From assembly GCF_001194135.2 (NCBI RefSeq), contig NC_068996.1:18821029-18853267 (forward strand): DNA of 32,239 nucleotides, written 5' to 3'. Below, one piece after another: positions 21,827-32,239 of the stretch. Each line of letters begins with the position of its first letter. The stretch's first letter is position 1. The stretch comes from Octopus bimaculoides (lineage: Eukaryota). The translations under genes were made by a program, and so were the position numbers. The notes below the pieces were generated by a model. It searched no databases. It had not been told where the DNA came from and saw only the letters and a program-made list of their open reading frames with translations.

Positions 21827-21866
<40 letters not shown>

Positions 21867-22091
21867 TAAACAACAACAGCAATTCTTCCTAATTTTAGCA
21901 CAAGGCTAGCAATTTTGAGGGGAGAGAGAAGTCAATTGCATTGAACTCAATGTTTAATTGGCATTTATTTTAACAATCCCAAAAGGATGAAAGGCAGAAT
22001 TGACCTCAGTGGTAGTTGAACTCAGCATATAAAGAGCGAGAAGAAAAGCACTTTGTTCAGTGTGCTAACAATTCTACCATCTCACTACTTC

Positions 22092-22197
<106 letters not shown>

Positions 22198-22434
22198 GTA
22201 ATAGTAGTAGTTGTAGTTAATCATAATTATTTCTCCCCTATTATTAATTACATCTCTTTGTTACAGACTCCAATTTCATGCACTTAAAAGTCATTAATCT
22301 TTTTTTTTTTTTTTTAGCAACCAACTTATTTTATTAACTGCAGCTTTTATTTACTACAATTCTTGATTACTAAATTATAGAATTAAGATATTTGCCAGTA
22401 CTGCTGCCCTGCTACTGGTTATTGTAGTTACTAC

Positions 22435-22483
<49 letters not shown>

Positions 22484-22534
22484 AATAATAATAAGATGAA
22501 GAATGCGATTCGATTGTAATAGATATTTTATTAG

Positions 22535-22577
22535 TTGAACGATATTTCAACTGTACGTCTGTCTTTGTCAAGTTCAA
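22535..22577 (-). ncRNA. Hammerhead motif, U3/A8 variant (left arm)
   Basis: Minus strand reads TTGAAC [TTGACAA] A GAC-AGACGTACA-GTT [GAAAT] ATC GTTCAA, with a perfect 6-bp stem I, palindromic ATAT stem III and AUC site. Confidence 0.65.
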
Positions 22578-23055
22578 AATAAGAAGTGATAAAAATTCAA
22601 AATTACAGAAATTTAAACGTAAACTATGAACGAGTGCAACCAGCGTCCACTCATTGATAGAATGACATCATCAGTTTTTAAGTTACAATTTTATAACAGG
22701 CAAAAAAAAAAGACAAAAAACAGAAAAGAAAAAGAGAGGAAGAAGAATATTTAATCAAACAGTTTTGTATAAATTTGATGATATTCTCCTGTCATTTTAT
22801 TCATTCCTGCAGGACATGATGTTAATAACCCACAAACATATTTCTCCTCATACATTCTGAGAAGTGAAAGTGAAGCAGATTCAGAATATTTTGTAAGAAT
22901 ATGCACTTTCTGGTAACTTTCATGCAACACTTTTGAAATGCCAGCGAATTTTCAGTGCCAGTTAATCACTAAAGGAATTCTGTAATCTATTGTATTGTGT
23001 TTGCTAAGATTATGTGTGAATGTTTGACTATCTTTGCTAATCTTAGCTATTTCAT

Positions 23056-23664
23056 TTGCACGAAAGTTACCAGCTTGTGGTGACAAAATATCCTCATTTC
23101 AAACAGATATTTCTTCAGACGCCCATTATAGCCTTTAGACGGAATAAGAATATAAGAGAATTATTGACCTTTATATCTGACTCCAAGAAAACGAACATTG
23201 GAGTGTCTGCACACTGTACCTTAAAGAACAGCCGCAAGAGAAATAAGCCCTGTTCATTGTGCAACAACATGAGTGAAGTGAATTCCATCAGAAATCATAA
23301 CAGAAATGTTATGATTTATACAGAAGGTGGAACATGTAAAGATTCCTATTTGGTGTACGCTGCAGAATGCACAAAGCACAACTTAATTTATGTTGGTTGT
23401 ACAACAGAACAGTTAAACAAAAGGTTTAATGGGCACAATAACAGTAGTTCGACAGAACTTGCTGAACATTTCGTTTCAAGCAGCTGCAATTTTGAAGAAG
23501 ACTTGAAAGTGCATATTCTCAAAAAATATTCTGAATTTGCTTCACTTTCACTTCTCAAAATGCATGAGGAGAAATATGTTTGTGAGTTATTAACATCACG
23601 CCCTGGAGGAATGAATGAGATGACAGGAGAATATCATCAAATTTATACAAAACTGTTTGATTAA
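23056..23664 (+). CDS. PLE RT-thumb remnant + GIY-YIG endonuclease, 5'-truncated open frame (Neptune-like)
   Basis: PIIAFRRNKNIRELL (end of RT thumb), Cys linker PCSLC...TC, LVYAAECTKHNLIYVGCTTEQLNKRFNGH (GIY-YIG) and C-terminal GMN. There is no ATG start and no RT catalytic core. Confidence 0.85.
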   Translation: MHESYQLVVTKYPHFKQIFLQTPIIAFRRNKNIRELLTFISDSKKTNIGVSAHCTLKNSRKRNKPCSLCNNMSEVNSIRNHNRNVMIYTEGGTCKDSYLVYAAECTKHNLIYVGCTTEQLNKRFNGHNNSSSTELAEHFVSSSCNFEEDLKVHILKKYSEFASLSLLKMHEEKYVCELLTSRPGGMNEMTGEYHQIYTKLFD

Positions 23665-23863
23665 ATATTCTTCTTTCTCTTTTTTCTTTCCTTTTTTCTG
23701 CCGTCCTCTTTTTTCTATTTTTTCTATCTTTATCTTTTCGCCTGTTATAAAATTGTAACTTAAAAACTGATGATGTCATTCCATCAACGTATGGACGCTG
23801 ATTGCTCTCGTTCATACTTTACGTTTAAATTTCTGTAATTTTGAATTTTTATCATTTCTTATT

Positions 23864-23906
23864 TTGAACTTGACAAAGACAAACTTACTGTTGAAATATC
23901 ATTCAA
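23864..23906 (+). ncRNA. Hammerhead motif, U3/A8 variant (right arm)
   Basis: TTGAAC [TTGACAA] A GACA-AACTTAC-TGTT [GAAAT] ATC ATTCAA. The first stem I pair is broken by a G>A change. Confidence 0.6.
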
Positions 23907-24126
23907 CTAACAAAATATCTTACAATCGAATCGCGCTCTTCGTCTTGACTGTTTACTTTTGTTAAGAGTTACGTTAATCCTTTTAAAAATATTATTATTA
24001 TTATTATTATTTCTCACCAATCTGCAAAGCTTTATTATGTCTAAACTCTCCTCTCTCCACAAATAATAATAATAAAGAAATATAAATTTTATCCTTCCTA
24101 AAAAATATTATTTCTTCTTATTTCAG

Positions 24127-24323
24127 ATGGTCCTTGCCTTGTTCACACACTGACAGGAGATTTACTCCAATCTTTAGATCCTCCCAAAAACTGCTTCTCC
24201 CCAGAGTTGATCACAATGTCAAGAGAAGCTTTTGTTCTTGTGAAATTTGATTCAGGAAATATCTGCAGCTTCACAGTGAATGGCAGGCTTCTACAGTATG
24301 AGAAACACAAAGACAATATTTTG
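24127..24323 (+). CDS. NBEA: Neurobeachin-like, exon f (197 bp, WD40)
   Basis: Acceptor tatttcag|AT and donor TTG|gtaaat. Translates (N)GPCLVHTLTGDLLQSLDPPKNCFSPELITMSREAFVLVKFDSGNICSFTVNGRLLQYEKHKDNIL, compared with NBEA GPCLVHTITGDLL. Phase 1 to 0. Confidence 0.96.
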
Positions 24324-24509
24324 GTAAATAACACTGTGTTGTCTTTTATATACAATGAATTCTTTGAAACATTTTTCTCAAACACAGTTGATATATTCTC
24401 TGTTTTAAATTTAGTCTTTTACTGTTGACCTATTGTCAAAGACATTCCAACCATGATCACATCATATTTTTTGTATGACTAGGACTGCATTATCCAATAT
24501 AATTTTAAT

Positions 24510-24898
24510 CTTTTACTTGTTTTAGTCATTAGACTGTGGCCATACTGGTGCACTACCTTGAACAGTTTCAGTTGAATGAATCCACTTATATTCAAGCTTA
24601 GTACTTATTCCATCAGTCTGTTTTGCTGAACTACTATGTTATGGGGATGTAAACACACAAACACCGGTTGTCAAGCAGTAGTGGGGGAGAAGCAGACACA
24701 GAAACACACAAATACACACGCTCACACACACACGTGCACATGTGCGCATGCACACTCACATGCATAACAGGCTTCTTTGAGTTTCCATCTACCAATTGCA
24801 CTTACAAGGCTTTAGTTGGTATAAGACACTTGCCCAATGTGTCACGCTGTGGGACGGAACCCACAACCATGTGGTTGGGAAGCAAACTTACCACAATG
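24510..24898 (-). mobile_element. tRNA-derived SINE (same family as 1-372)
   Basis: Reverse-complement homology to 1-372 over the head, (CA)n middle and tail. Confidence 0.85.
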
Positions 24899-24921
24899 CC
24901 AGTTTCATGATTGGATGTAGA

Positions 24922-25270
24922 TATTTTTTTATTTGTGTCAATGAAATACAACTCTTTACAAGGCCCGCATGATAGGAAGGGGAAAAATACCCTCAAACCA
25001 GAAACAAGGCTCAAATGCTTACCACGGAGTGAATCCCACTAAAGATACTCAAAAATCTAGTGAGAATGTTTAACTAAGGGACAGATAGAGCCAGTTATCT
25101 GAGCCTTTAATGTCCTCCTCACATTCTTTGGTTTGAGGCTGATCATATAATGTGTGGTATAAACACCACCGTATCTAAAATGGAAAAGCTACCCTTCTGC
25201 TCAAGGATAACTCCTCATAAAGAAAATATATACTCTTGGAAAGGTTTCCATTATATCTGCATCACATATG
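24922..25270 (-). mobile_element. Possible poly(A)-tailed LINE (L1/Tx1-like) 3' remnant
   Basis: The minus strand ends CACAAATAAAAAAAA after a GC-richer block. No convincing protein motif was read. Confidence 0.35.
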
Positions 25271-25650
25271 CCAAAGCTTCATGCTACACACATGCACACA
25301 TGGCTTGCTCTACAAAACCAACAGTCATCCATTTAGCTACATGTTTATACAGGTGATATGATAGTACTGTGGTGGTGGTGGTTATTGTTGTTGCTAATTT
25401 GATCCAGTCTGACACTGATTGGGCAAGACCATGATCAGAGGGATTCCAACCTCAACCATCTCAACTTTTTTTAATGTATAGTGTACACAACCACTTGATC
25501 TAATTTGTCCTACCTGTAAGACGGTAGAATGTAATTTGAGAGAGATTTGGCTGTTATTTCTAGAAGGAAACCATGTAGAGGCTACATTATTATTATCTAA
25601 TTAAATGCCATACATCCATTTACATATATTATATATATATACATAAATAC

Positions 25651-25729
<79 letters not shown>

Positions 25730-25802
25730 TATATATATATATATATATAGATAGATATAGATTTATACATATATAAATCAGCAAAACGGACTGATGGAAT
25801 AA

Positions 25803-26456
25803 NNNNNNNNNNNNNNNNNNNNNNNNNNNNNNNNNNNNNNNNNNNNNNNNNNNNNNNNNNNNNNNNNNNNNNNNNNNNNNNNNNNNNNNNNNNNNNNNNN
25901 NNNNNNNNNNNNNNNNNNNNNNNNNNNNNNNNNNNNNNNNNNNNNNNNNNNNNNNNNNNNNNNNNNNNNNNNNNNNNNNNNNNNNNNNNNNNNNNNNNNN
26001 NNNNNNNNNNNNNNNNNNNNNNNNNNNNNNNNNNNNNNNNNNNNNNNNNNNNNNNNNNNNNNNNNNNNNNNNNNNNNNNNNNNNNNNNNNNNNNNNNNNN
26101 NNNNNNNNNNNNNNNNNNNNNNNNNNNNNNNNNNNNNNNNNNNNNNNNNNNNNNNNNNNNNNNNNNNNNNNNNNNNNNNNNNNNNNNNNNNNNNNNNNNN
26201 NNNNNNNNNNNNNNNNNNNNNNNNNNNNNNNNNNNNNNNNNNNNNNNNNNNNNNNNNNNNNNNNNNNNNNNNNNNNNNNNNNNNNNNNNNNNNNNNNNNN
26301 NNNNNNNNNNNNNNNNNNNNNNNNNNNNNNNNNNNNNNNNNNNNNNNNNNNNNNNNNNNNNNNNNNNNNNNNNNNNNNNNNNNNNNNNNNNNNNNNNNNN
26401 NNNNNNNNNNNNNNNNNNNNNNNNNNNNNNNNNNNNNNNNNNNNNNNNNNNNNNNN
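25803..26456. other. Assembly gap (N run)
   Basis: Run of N. Confidence 1.
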
Positions 26457-26819
26457 TCCAGCAGCCACCCTCTTCACCCAGGGCAGCACTACCTCCTCCA
26501 AGCATTTGATGTAGGCTTTCGTATTGAGTCTGAGGCCGTGTGAGAAGATGAAAAGGAAGCATAACATCGCCATCACTAGTGATCACTCCAAACACTAAGA
26601 TGTTGAGTGGATGTTTGATTTTTATCACTCTCGGTACATGTTTTGGGGACATGGTAAAAACTCAGACTGACGCCCAAGCACTCTGAAATGTTCATATTGG
26701 AGTTTCCTGTGCAAATGCCAAGCAGTACAGCATGTCGTTTCCAAATTTCTGGCAGAGTCAATTGCACCATGGTGCTGTTTTTTTCACAGATGGTGCCCAA
26801 CTGATCCTACTATACTGTA
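26457..26819 (-). pseudogene. Tc1/mariner-superfamily (DD37D/maT-like) transposase relic running into a gap
   Basis: KHPLNILVFGVITSDGDVM, then after a frameshift FIFSHGLRLNTKAYIKCLEEVVLPWVKRVAAG. The N-terminal piece PEIWKRHAVLLGI is joined through an internal deletion. Confidence 0.85.
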
Positions 26820-26894
26820 TAGTAGACAAAATCAAAAACGAACAATGCACATGCATAAAATTAAAAATATAAATTGGCGATAATTTACCCATTG

Positions 26895-26945
<51 letters not shown>

Positions 26946-27425
26946 GTGTGTGCGTGTCTGTGAACATGTGCTCATATTTATATATTTATGTGTTGTTTCA
27001 GTTTACACTACTGAGTATCAAAGTTATACATTTATCATGTGGCCACTAATACTGCAGTGGAATAGACCCTCAAGACAGCGGATCATAGATGTATAATATT
27101 TTTTTTTATACATTCTGTACATTGATAGAACAAATATAAATATATATATATATATGTATTGTGTGTGTGTGTGTCTTTTTTAAATGGTTAAGATGACTCT
27201 TCCATGATGTAATTGTTTTAGTTTTTTAACACAGGATTTCAGCTCGAATTATTTGTCAAAGATGTATAACTTTTCTCTCTCTCTCTCTCTCTCCATCCAG
27301 TCTTGTCCATCCAGATTCCAAGCACATCACTCACATATTTCACTTTCAAAATATACACCTGTATTCATGTAATACTTATAATACTAATAATAATAATAAT
27401 GCACTTCTTGCTGTTGTTATTGTAG

Positions 27426-27577
27426 ACGATGATACTAAGTCGTGGGGGTGAATACCTGATCACCGGAGGAGAATCTGGTGTTGCTGATGTTTGGAGAACT
27501 CACGATCTTACTTTATTGTATTCTTATCCCAAATGTGATGGAAGTATTCATTCACTCTCACTTTCTCATGATGAAAG
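27426..27577 (+). CDS. NBEA: Neurobeachin-like, exon g (152 bp, WD40)
   Basis: Acceptor ttattgtag|ACG and donor AAG|gtaaaa. Translates TMILSRGGEYLITGGESGVADVWRTHDLTLLYSYPKCDGSIHSLSLSHDE, compared with NBEA LVTGGDNGVVEVW...YPGCDAGIRAMDLSHDQ. Phase 0 to 2. Not listed in the ORF track. Confidence 0.95.
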
Positions 27578-27789
27578 GTAAAAACATTCTCTGACTCTTA
27601 CTTATAATACATTGTTGTTGTTATTGTTGTTTAATGCCTAAAGTCACTTATGGTCAAAAATATTCCAGTCTTGCTCATTCCATCATCTTTTCTTCAGACT
27701 GTGACAACATATCTACAAATACATTATTTACTGTTAATGACTTGCAGGGACACTGTATTTCATTATGCAACCATAATATACTATATCCT

Positions 27790-28200
27790 ATATTAAACAT
27801 CATCATCATCATTGTCGTTTAACGTCTGCTTTCCATGCTAGCATGGGTTGGACGATTTGACTGAGGACTGGTGAAACCAGATGGCTACACCAGGCTCCAA
27901 TCTGATTTGGCAGAGTTTCTACAGCTGGATGCCCTTCCTAACGCCAACCACTCAGAGAGTGTAGTGGGTGCTTTTACATGTCACTGGCACGAAGGCCAGT
28001 CAGGCACTACTGGAAACGGCCACGCTCAAAATGGTGTATTTTATGTGCCACCTGCACAGGATCCAGTCCAGGGGCACTGGCAACAATCTCGCTCGAAAGT
28101 CCTTACACATGCCACGGGCACAAGTGCCAGAAAGGCGATGCTGGGCACAGGTGCCATCCCGATTTCGCTTTCGCTTGCCCCAATAAGTCTTCGCAAGCTG
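27790..28200 (-). mobile_element. RTE-related non-autonomous retroelement (CpG-rich, younger copy)
   Basis: Minus strand GTGGTTGGCGTTAGGAAGGGCATCCAGCTGTAGAAAC...GACGTTAAACGACAATGATGATG. Sister copies at about 18225-18420(-), 18905-19100(-) and 29835-30035(+). Confidence 0.75.
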
Positions 28201-28554
28201 AAGTAATTACATTTATGTACCAATTGCCAAGAATGTATTTAATATGCAAAACTGGAATATCCAATAATGTTACACTACTACATTAAGTGGCTATTTAAGC
28301 AATGAGTTCATGGATGGTTAATGGGTTGGATGTGGTGCTGATGAAAGAACAAGAACATATACACCCATTGCCCATTTTTCATCCTTGATCTCATTGTTGT
28401 TTACATTTGGCATATTCAGATATGAAACCTCATAACAAAATCAGGGCTGGTTATAATTTCTATAGAAAATCTGTGGAGATAACCTTAACAAGTGATTATC
28501 TAATGTGTCCTTAAATTTTTAAGTCATTAGAGCCCGAGAGATTTGGTTTTCATG

Positions 28555-29009
28555 CCTGTGTTTACCTATGGTCATAAATGTTAGATAATGACCGAAAGGG
28601 TTCTATTGAGAATACAAGCAGCCAAAATATAGTTCCTCTGAGGGATCTCTGGAGCAATGTTACTCAATGTGGTGTATCACTCAGAGATAATGGGGTTTCC
28701 AGGTTGAGCTGTTACTTCTATTCATTGAGTGGTTACAGTTCTAGTGCTAGGGACGTGTGATTAGAATGTCACAGGAAAGAATCACAGGAGGGATTCTTCA
28801 AGCTAAGCCATTCAGCAGGAGACCAAGGGGTAGACTGAGAATGAGATGGTTGGAGGATAATATCTGTAGTTTCAGTTGATCACACTTGGAAATCCAACCA
28901 AAAAATGTAATGATGATTGCTTCTGACAGAACCCTATGGAGTGGGTGCCTAATGATAGTACCCCAATGACCCTCCCAGGAATAGACGGCAGAGAAAATGG
29001 ATGGATGGA
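28555..29009 (+). mobile_element. RTE-clade LINE 3' end, degenerate
   Basis: PVFTYGHKC*IMTERVLLRIQAAKI*FL*GISG and GRVIRMSQERITGGILQAKPFSRRPRGRLRMRWLEDNI, followed by a (TGGA)n tail. Confidence 0.85.
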
Positions 29010-29357
29010 AGCAGTGATTTGGCTGTTATTTCTAGCAGATTTAGTGATAACAACAACAACATCACTTTGTTAGTGATGTTGTTTATAGTTCAAAGTTGCT
29101 CTTGCAGATCTATGATAAAATATGTTCCACAGTTTCAATCCCAATGTCTGATACCTTAAGTAAAATGACCTTTATCAAATTCTTTTTCTGACCAAAAGTC
29201 AAATCTTTAAGTCAAATTTGGTAGACAGAAACTGTATGGAAGCTCATCAGTGGAGCCTTACCTCTCCTTGGATTGGTAAACTTAATTCATTTCCAAGTGA
29301 AACACAAAAACCTTAAGTGCCTTTACCATAATCCACCCTGTTAAAAGCATCTGGGGT

Positions 29358-29575
29358 TTAACCCTTTTGATACCAAACTACCTGAAACCACCTGAGACTG
29401 TCTCTGGTTTTATGATGCAAACTTCCTGTTTTAAAGTGAGTTAATTTCAAATCTCCCATCAAAATTTCATGTTAATTTATGTCCAAAGCACCACAAATTT
29501 ATTTTACTAAATTCTTCACTATTTTCAAAGTAAAGGCAGTGTGTTTCAACAGAAGCATGGTAACAAAGGAGTTAA
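29358..29575. mobile_element. Second TTAA-flanked MITE family, complete copy
   Basis: Left end TTAACCCTTTTGATACCA and right end TGGTAACAAAGGAGTTAA are imperfect terminal inverted repeats with TTAA at both ends. Confidence 0.75.
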
Positions 29576-30567
29576 TAATACGTTTTTTTCTCCCTCACTC
29601 CTTACTTCCATTGGTTGTGAGTGGCCATATTGATCCCTCTGCAGGAACCACCTCTGTTCCCTCACCACCACCACTATCTCCCTCATAGTAATTCCCTTCA
29701 TCCACTAGCAAAGAGCTGACCTCCCCATCACCTCCCACAAGGCTCATAGTCCTGTGAATTGCATGGCTACCTCAATAGTCAGGCAGAATATGGAACTTAA
29801 ATTTGTCTTGGAGATTAACTCTCTAACATTCAGATGGTTCTAACAAATATAATACCTATTTATCCAAAAGCACCCATTATACTCTCAGAGTGGTTGGCAT
29901 TAGGAAGGTCATCTAACCATAGAAAACCATGCCAAATCAGACTGGAGTCTGGTGCAGCCTTCCAGCTTACCAGCTCTGGTCAAACCGTCCAACCCATGTC
30001 AGCATGGTCAATGGATGTTAAATGATGATGATTTTGAATTAATTATGCAGGTGGAACCAAAAAAAAAAAGCATCCAGTCCACTCTGCAAAGCGGTTCACA
30101 TTAAGGTTGGTATCCAGCCATAAAAAAAAGAATCATGCCAAAACAGACATTGGGCACATCAGATTATGTCAAACCAGCCAACCCATACTAGAATAGAACA
30201 TGAACGTTAAATTATGGTGATGACGATGTCTCCCTCCAGTATCAGAGGAGATATTGGCAAACATTATGGCTATTACCATTCCATCTTTCACTGTGTCATT
30301 AAAACAAAAAAAAAAAATCATTTAACAATCAAAGAGGTGAAACAATGCTTTACACTGTCAGCTTCAAATAACAGTCAGTATTTATGTATTTATATGTGTG
30401 TATAATAGGGATTATATTCCAAGTTATCTCCTTATGAATTACCATTATCATTAATATTTATATATTAAAAAAAATGCATTCCTCATGTAGTAATGAAACT
30501 CATGTAACATGGTATTAAAATGGCACCATATATTCCAGTCTGTTTTTATATATATATATATATATAT

Positions 30568-31274
30568 NNNNNNNNNNNNNNNNNNNNNNNNNNNNNNNNN
30601 NNNNNNNNNNNNNNNNNNNNNNNNNNNNNNNNNNNNNNNNNNNNNNNNNNNNNNNNNNNNNNNNNNNNNNNNNNNNNNNNNNNNNNNNNNNNNNNNNNNN
30701 NNNNNNNNNNNNNNNNNNNNNNNNNNNNNNNNNNNNNNNNNNNNNNNNNNNNNNNNNNNNNNNNNNNNNNNNNNNNNNNNNNNNNNNNNNNNNNNNNNNN
30801 NNNNNNNNNNNNNNNNNNNNNNNNNNNNNNNNNNNNNNNNNNNNNNNNNNNNNNNNNNNNNNNNNNNNNNNNNNNNNNNNNNNNNNNNNNNNNNNNNNNN
30901 NNNNNNNNNNNNNNNNNNNNNNNNNNNNNNNNNNNNNNNNNNNNNNNNNNNNNNNNNNNNNNNNNNNNNNNNNNNNNNNNNNNNNNNNNNNNNNNNNNNN
31001 NNNNNNNNNNNNNNNNNNNNNNNNNNNNNNNNNNNNNNNNNNNNNNNNNNNNNNNNNNNNNNNNNNNNNNNNNNNNNNNNNNNNNNNNNNNNNNNNNNNN
31101 NNNNNNNNNNNNNNNNNNNNNNNNNNNNNNNNNNNNNNNNNNNNNNNNNNNNNNNNNNNNNNNNNNNNNNNNNNNNNNNNNNNNNNNNNNNNNNNNNNNN
31201 NNNNNNNNNNNNNNNNNNNNNNNNNNNNNNNNNNNNNNNNNNNNNNNNNNNNNNNNNNNNNNNNNNNNNNNNNN
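30568..31274. other. Assembly gap (N run)
   Basis: Run of N after (AT)n. Confidence 1.
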
Positions 31275-31372
31275 CAACGAACATTAGTGTGTCTAGAGTT
31301 GGAAAATTTGATGAATGCAATAGACGTATAAAGACAAAAAGTTATATATGTATGTGTGTGTATGCCTCTGTT

Positions 31373-31409
<37 letters not shown>

Positions 31410-31484
31410 ATATAATATATATATAATGCTTATTATATACATGTATAAATATGAATATTATATATATGTATATGTGTGTGTGTT

Positions 31485-31527
<43 letters not shown>

Positions 31528-32201
31528 GAAATTTACATACATGCATACACACATTCACATACATGCTATATATACGTACACATATACAAGCAAACATACA
31601 CACATATATACATACATGATAATTGGTGTAATTAAGAGAAGTGAATTTCTAAAATATATACCCTATTCAGATTGTACACAGATATATCCAAGAATGTTTG
31701 TTTTTGTTTTTTTTTCTATAAACAAACTTGTAGTTTTCTCTCCCCCACCAACATCCCCTCCTCCAAATATTCTGTCTACTCAGTATTTTCCCGAAAAAAA
31801 AAAAAGAATATTTTTTTTAAAGATTGTAATAGAATGATTAGGGTGTTTTTTATATACATATTATCTGATTAATTTTACTATTAGTACTACTACTACTACA
31901 AACACTAATACTATAATTATTATAATTATTAATGTTTCTAATACTAATATCAAGTATATTCAGAATTCATTTCATAAATGTGCAAAGTAAACTAAGATAA
32001 TGGAATGATGTTTTAAACTCAGAGTATAGAAGATGGTATGACCCCTGAGAATGTTTGTGTGCCTGCCAGTGTGTGTGTATGTCTGAATAATTTGTCTGTG
32101 TATGTGTGAGTGTGTATTTATAATACACACAGAAACATATACATGCACATATTTACAACCGTATGCAAATACATATATGTGTGTGTGTATGTATGTCTGC
32201 A

Positions 32202-32239
<38 letters not shown>

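Larger units (their letters stand above)
22493..23946. mobile_element. Fold-back Penelope-like element (inverted pseudo-LTRs)
   Basis: 22493-22910 is the reverse complement of 23505-23946. The element contains the GIY-YIG ORF, and each arm ends in a hammerhead motif. Confidence 0.92.

Noticed and set aside
23766-23800. Perfect CTGATGA followed by a GTC..GAC stem (mirrored at about 22640-22675 on the minus strand)
   Set aside because: No GAAA follows the stem and there is no stem III or cleavage triplet, so it is not a hammerhead.
30509-30545. KWHHIFQ resembling the NBEA C-terminal RWHYEHQ
   Set aside because: There are in-frame stops just upstream, no similarity to the rest of the exon, and the frame runs into (AT)n.

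Overview
AT-rich, microsatellite-dense animal DNA with four assembly gaps. The repeat landscape resembles an Octopus genome; this is inferred from SINE/MITE types recognised from memory and was not verified. The + strand carries seven exons of a neurobeachin/LRBA-type BEACH-WD40 gene (8860-9037, 9835-9915, 12203-12358, 16224-16391, 19365-19469, 24127-24323, 27426-27577). They splice in frame with GT-AG sites into 345 codons covering the post-BEACH linker and WD40 repeats; the upstream and terminal exons were not found. The introns are packed with mobile DNA: tRNA-derived SINEs, RTE and CR1/L2-like LINE ends, Tc1/mariner relics, TTAA-flanked MITEs, a solo LTR with a TSD, and a 20-bp minisatellite. 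The most notable signal is five minimal type I hammerhead-ribozyme motifs from at least three unrelated element families. (i) A complete sense-strand motif at 3921-3966 and a decayed one at 4332-4372 bracket a GIY-YIG relic. (ii) A motif at 21416-21461 (-) sits in an element headed by a tRNA-like B box. (iii) Two copies (22535-22577 -, 23864-23906 +) lie in the arms of a fold-back Penelope-like element and carry a U3/A8 core in place of the canonical C3/G8. All RNA structures were folded by eye and none has been tested for activity.
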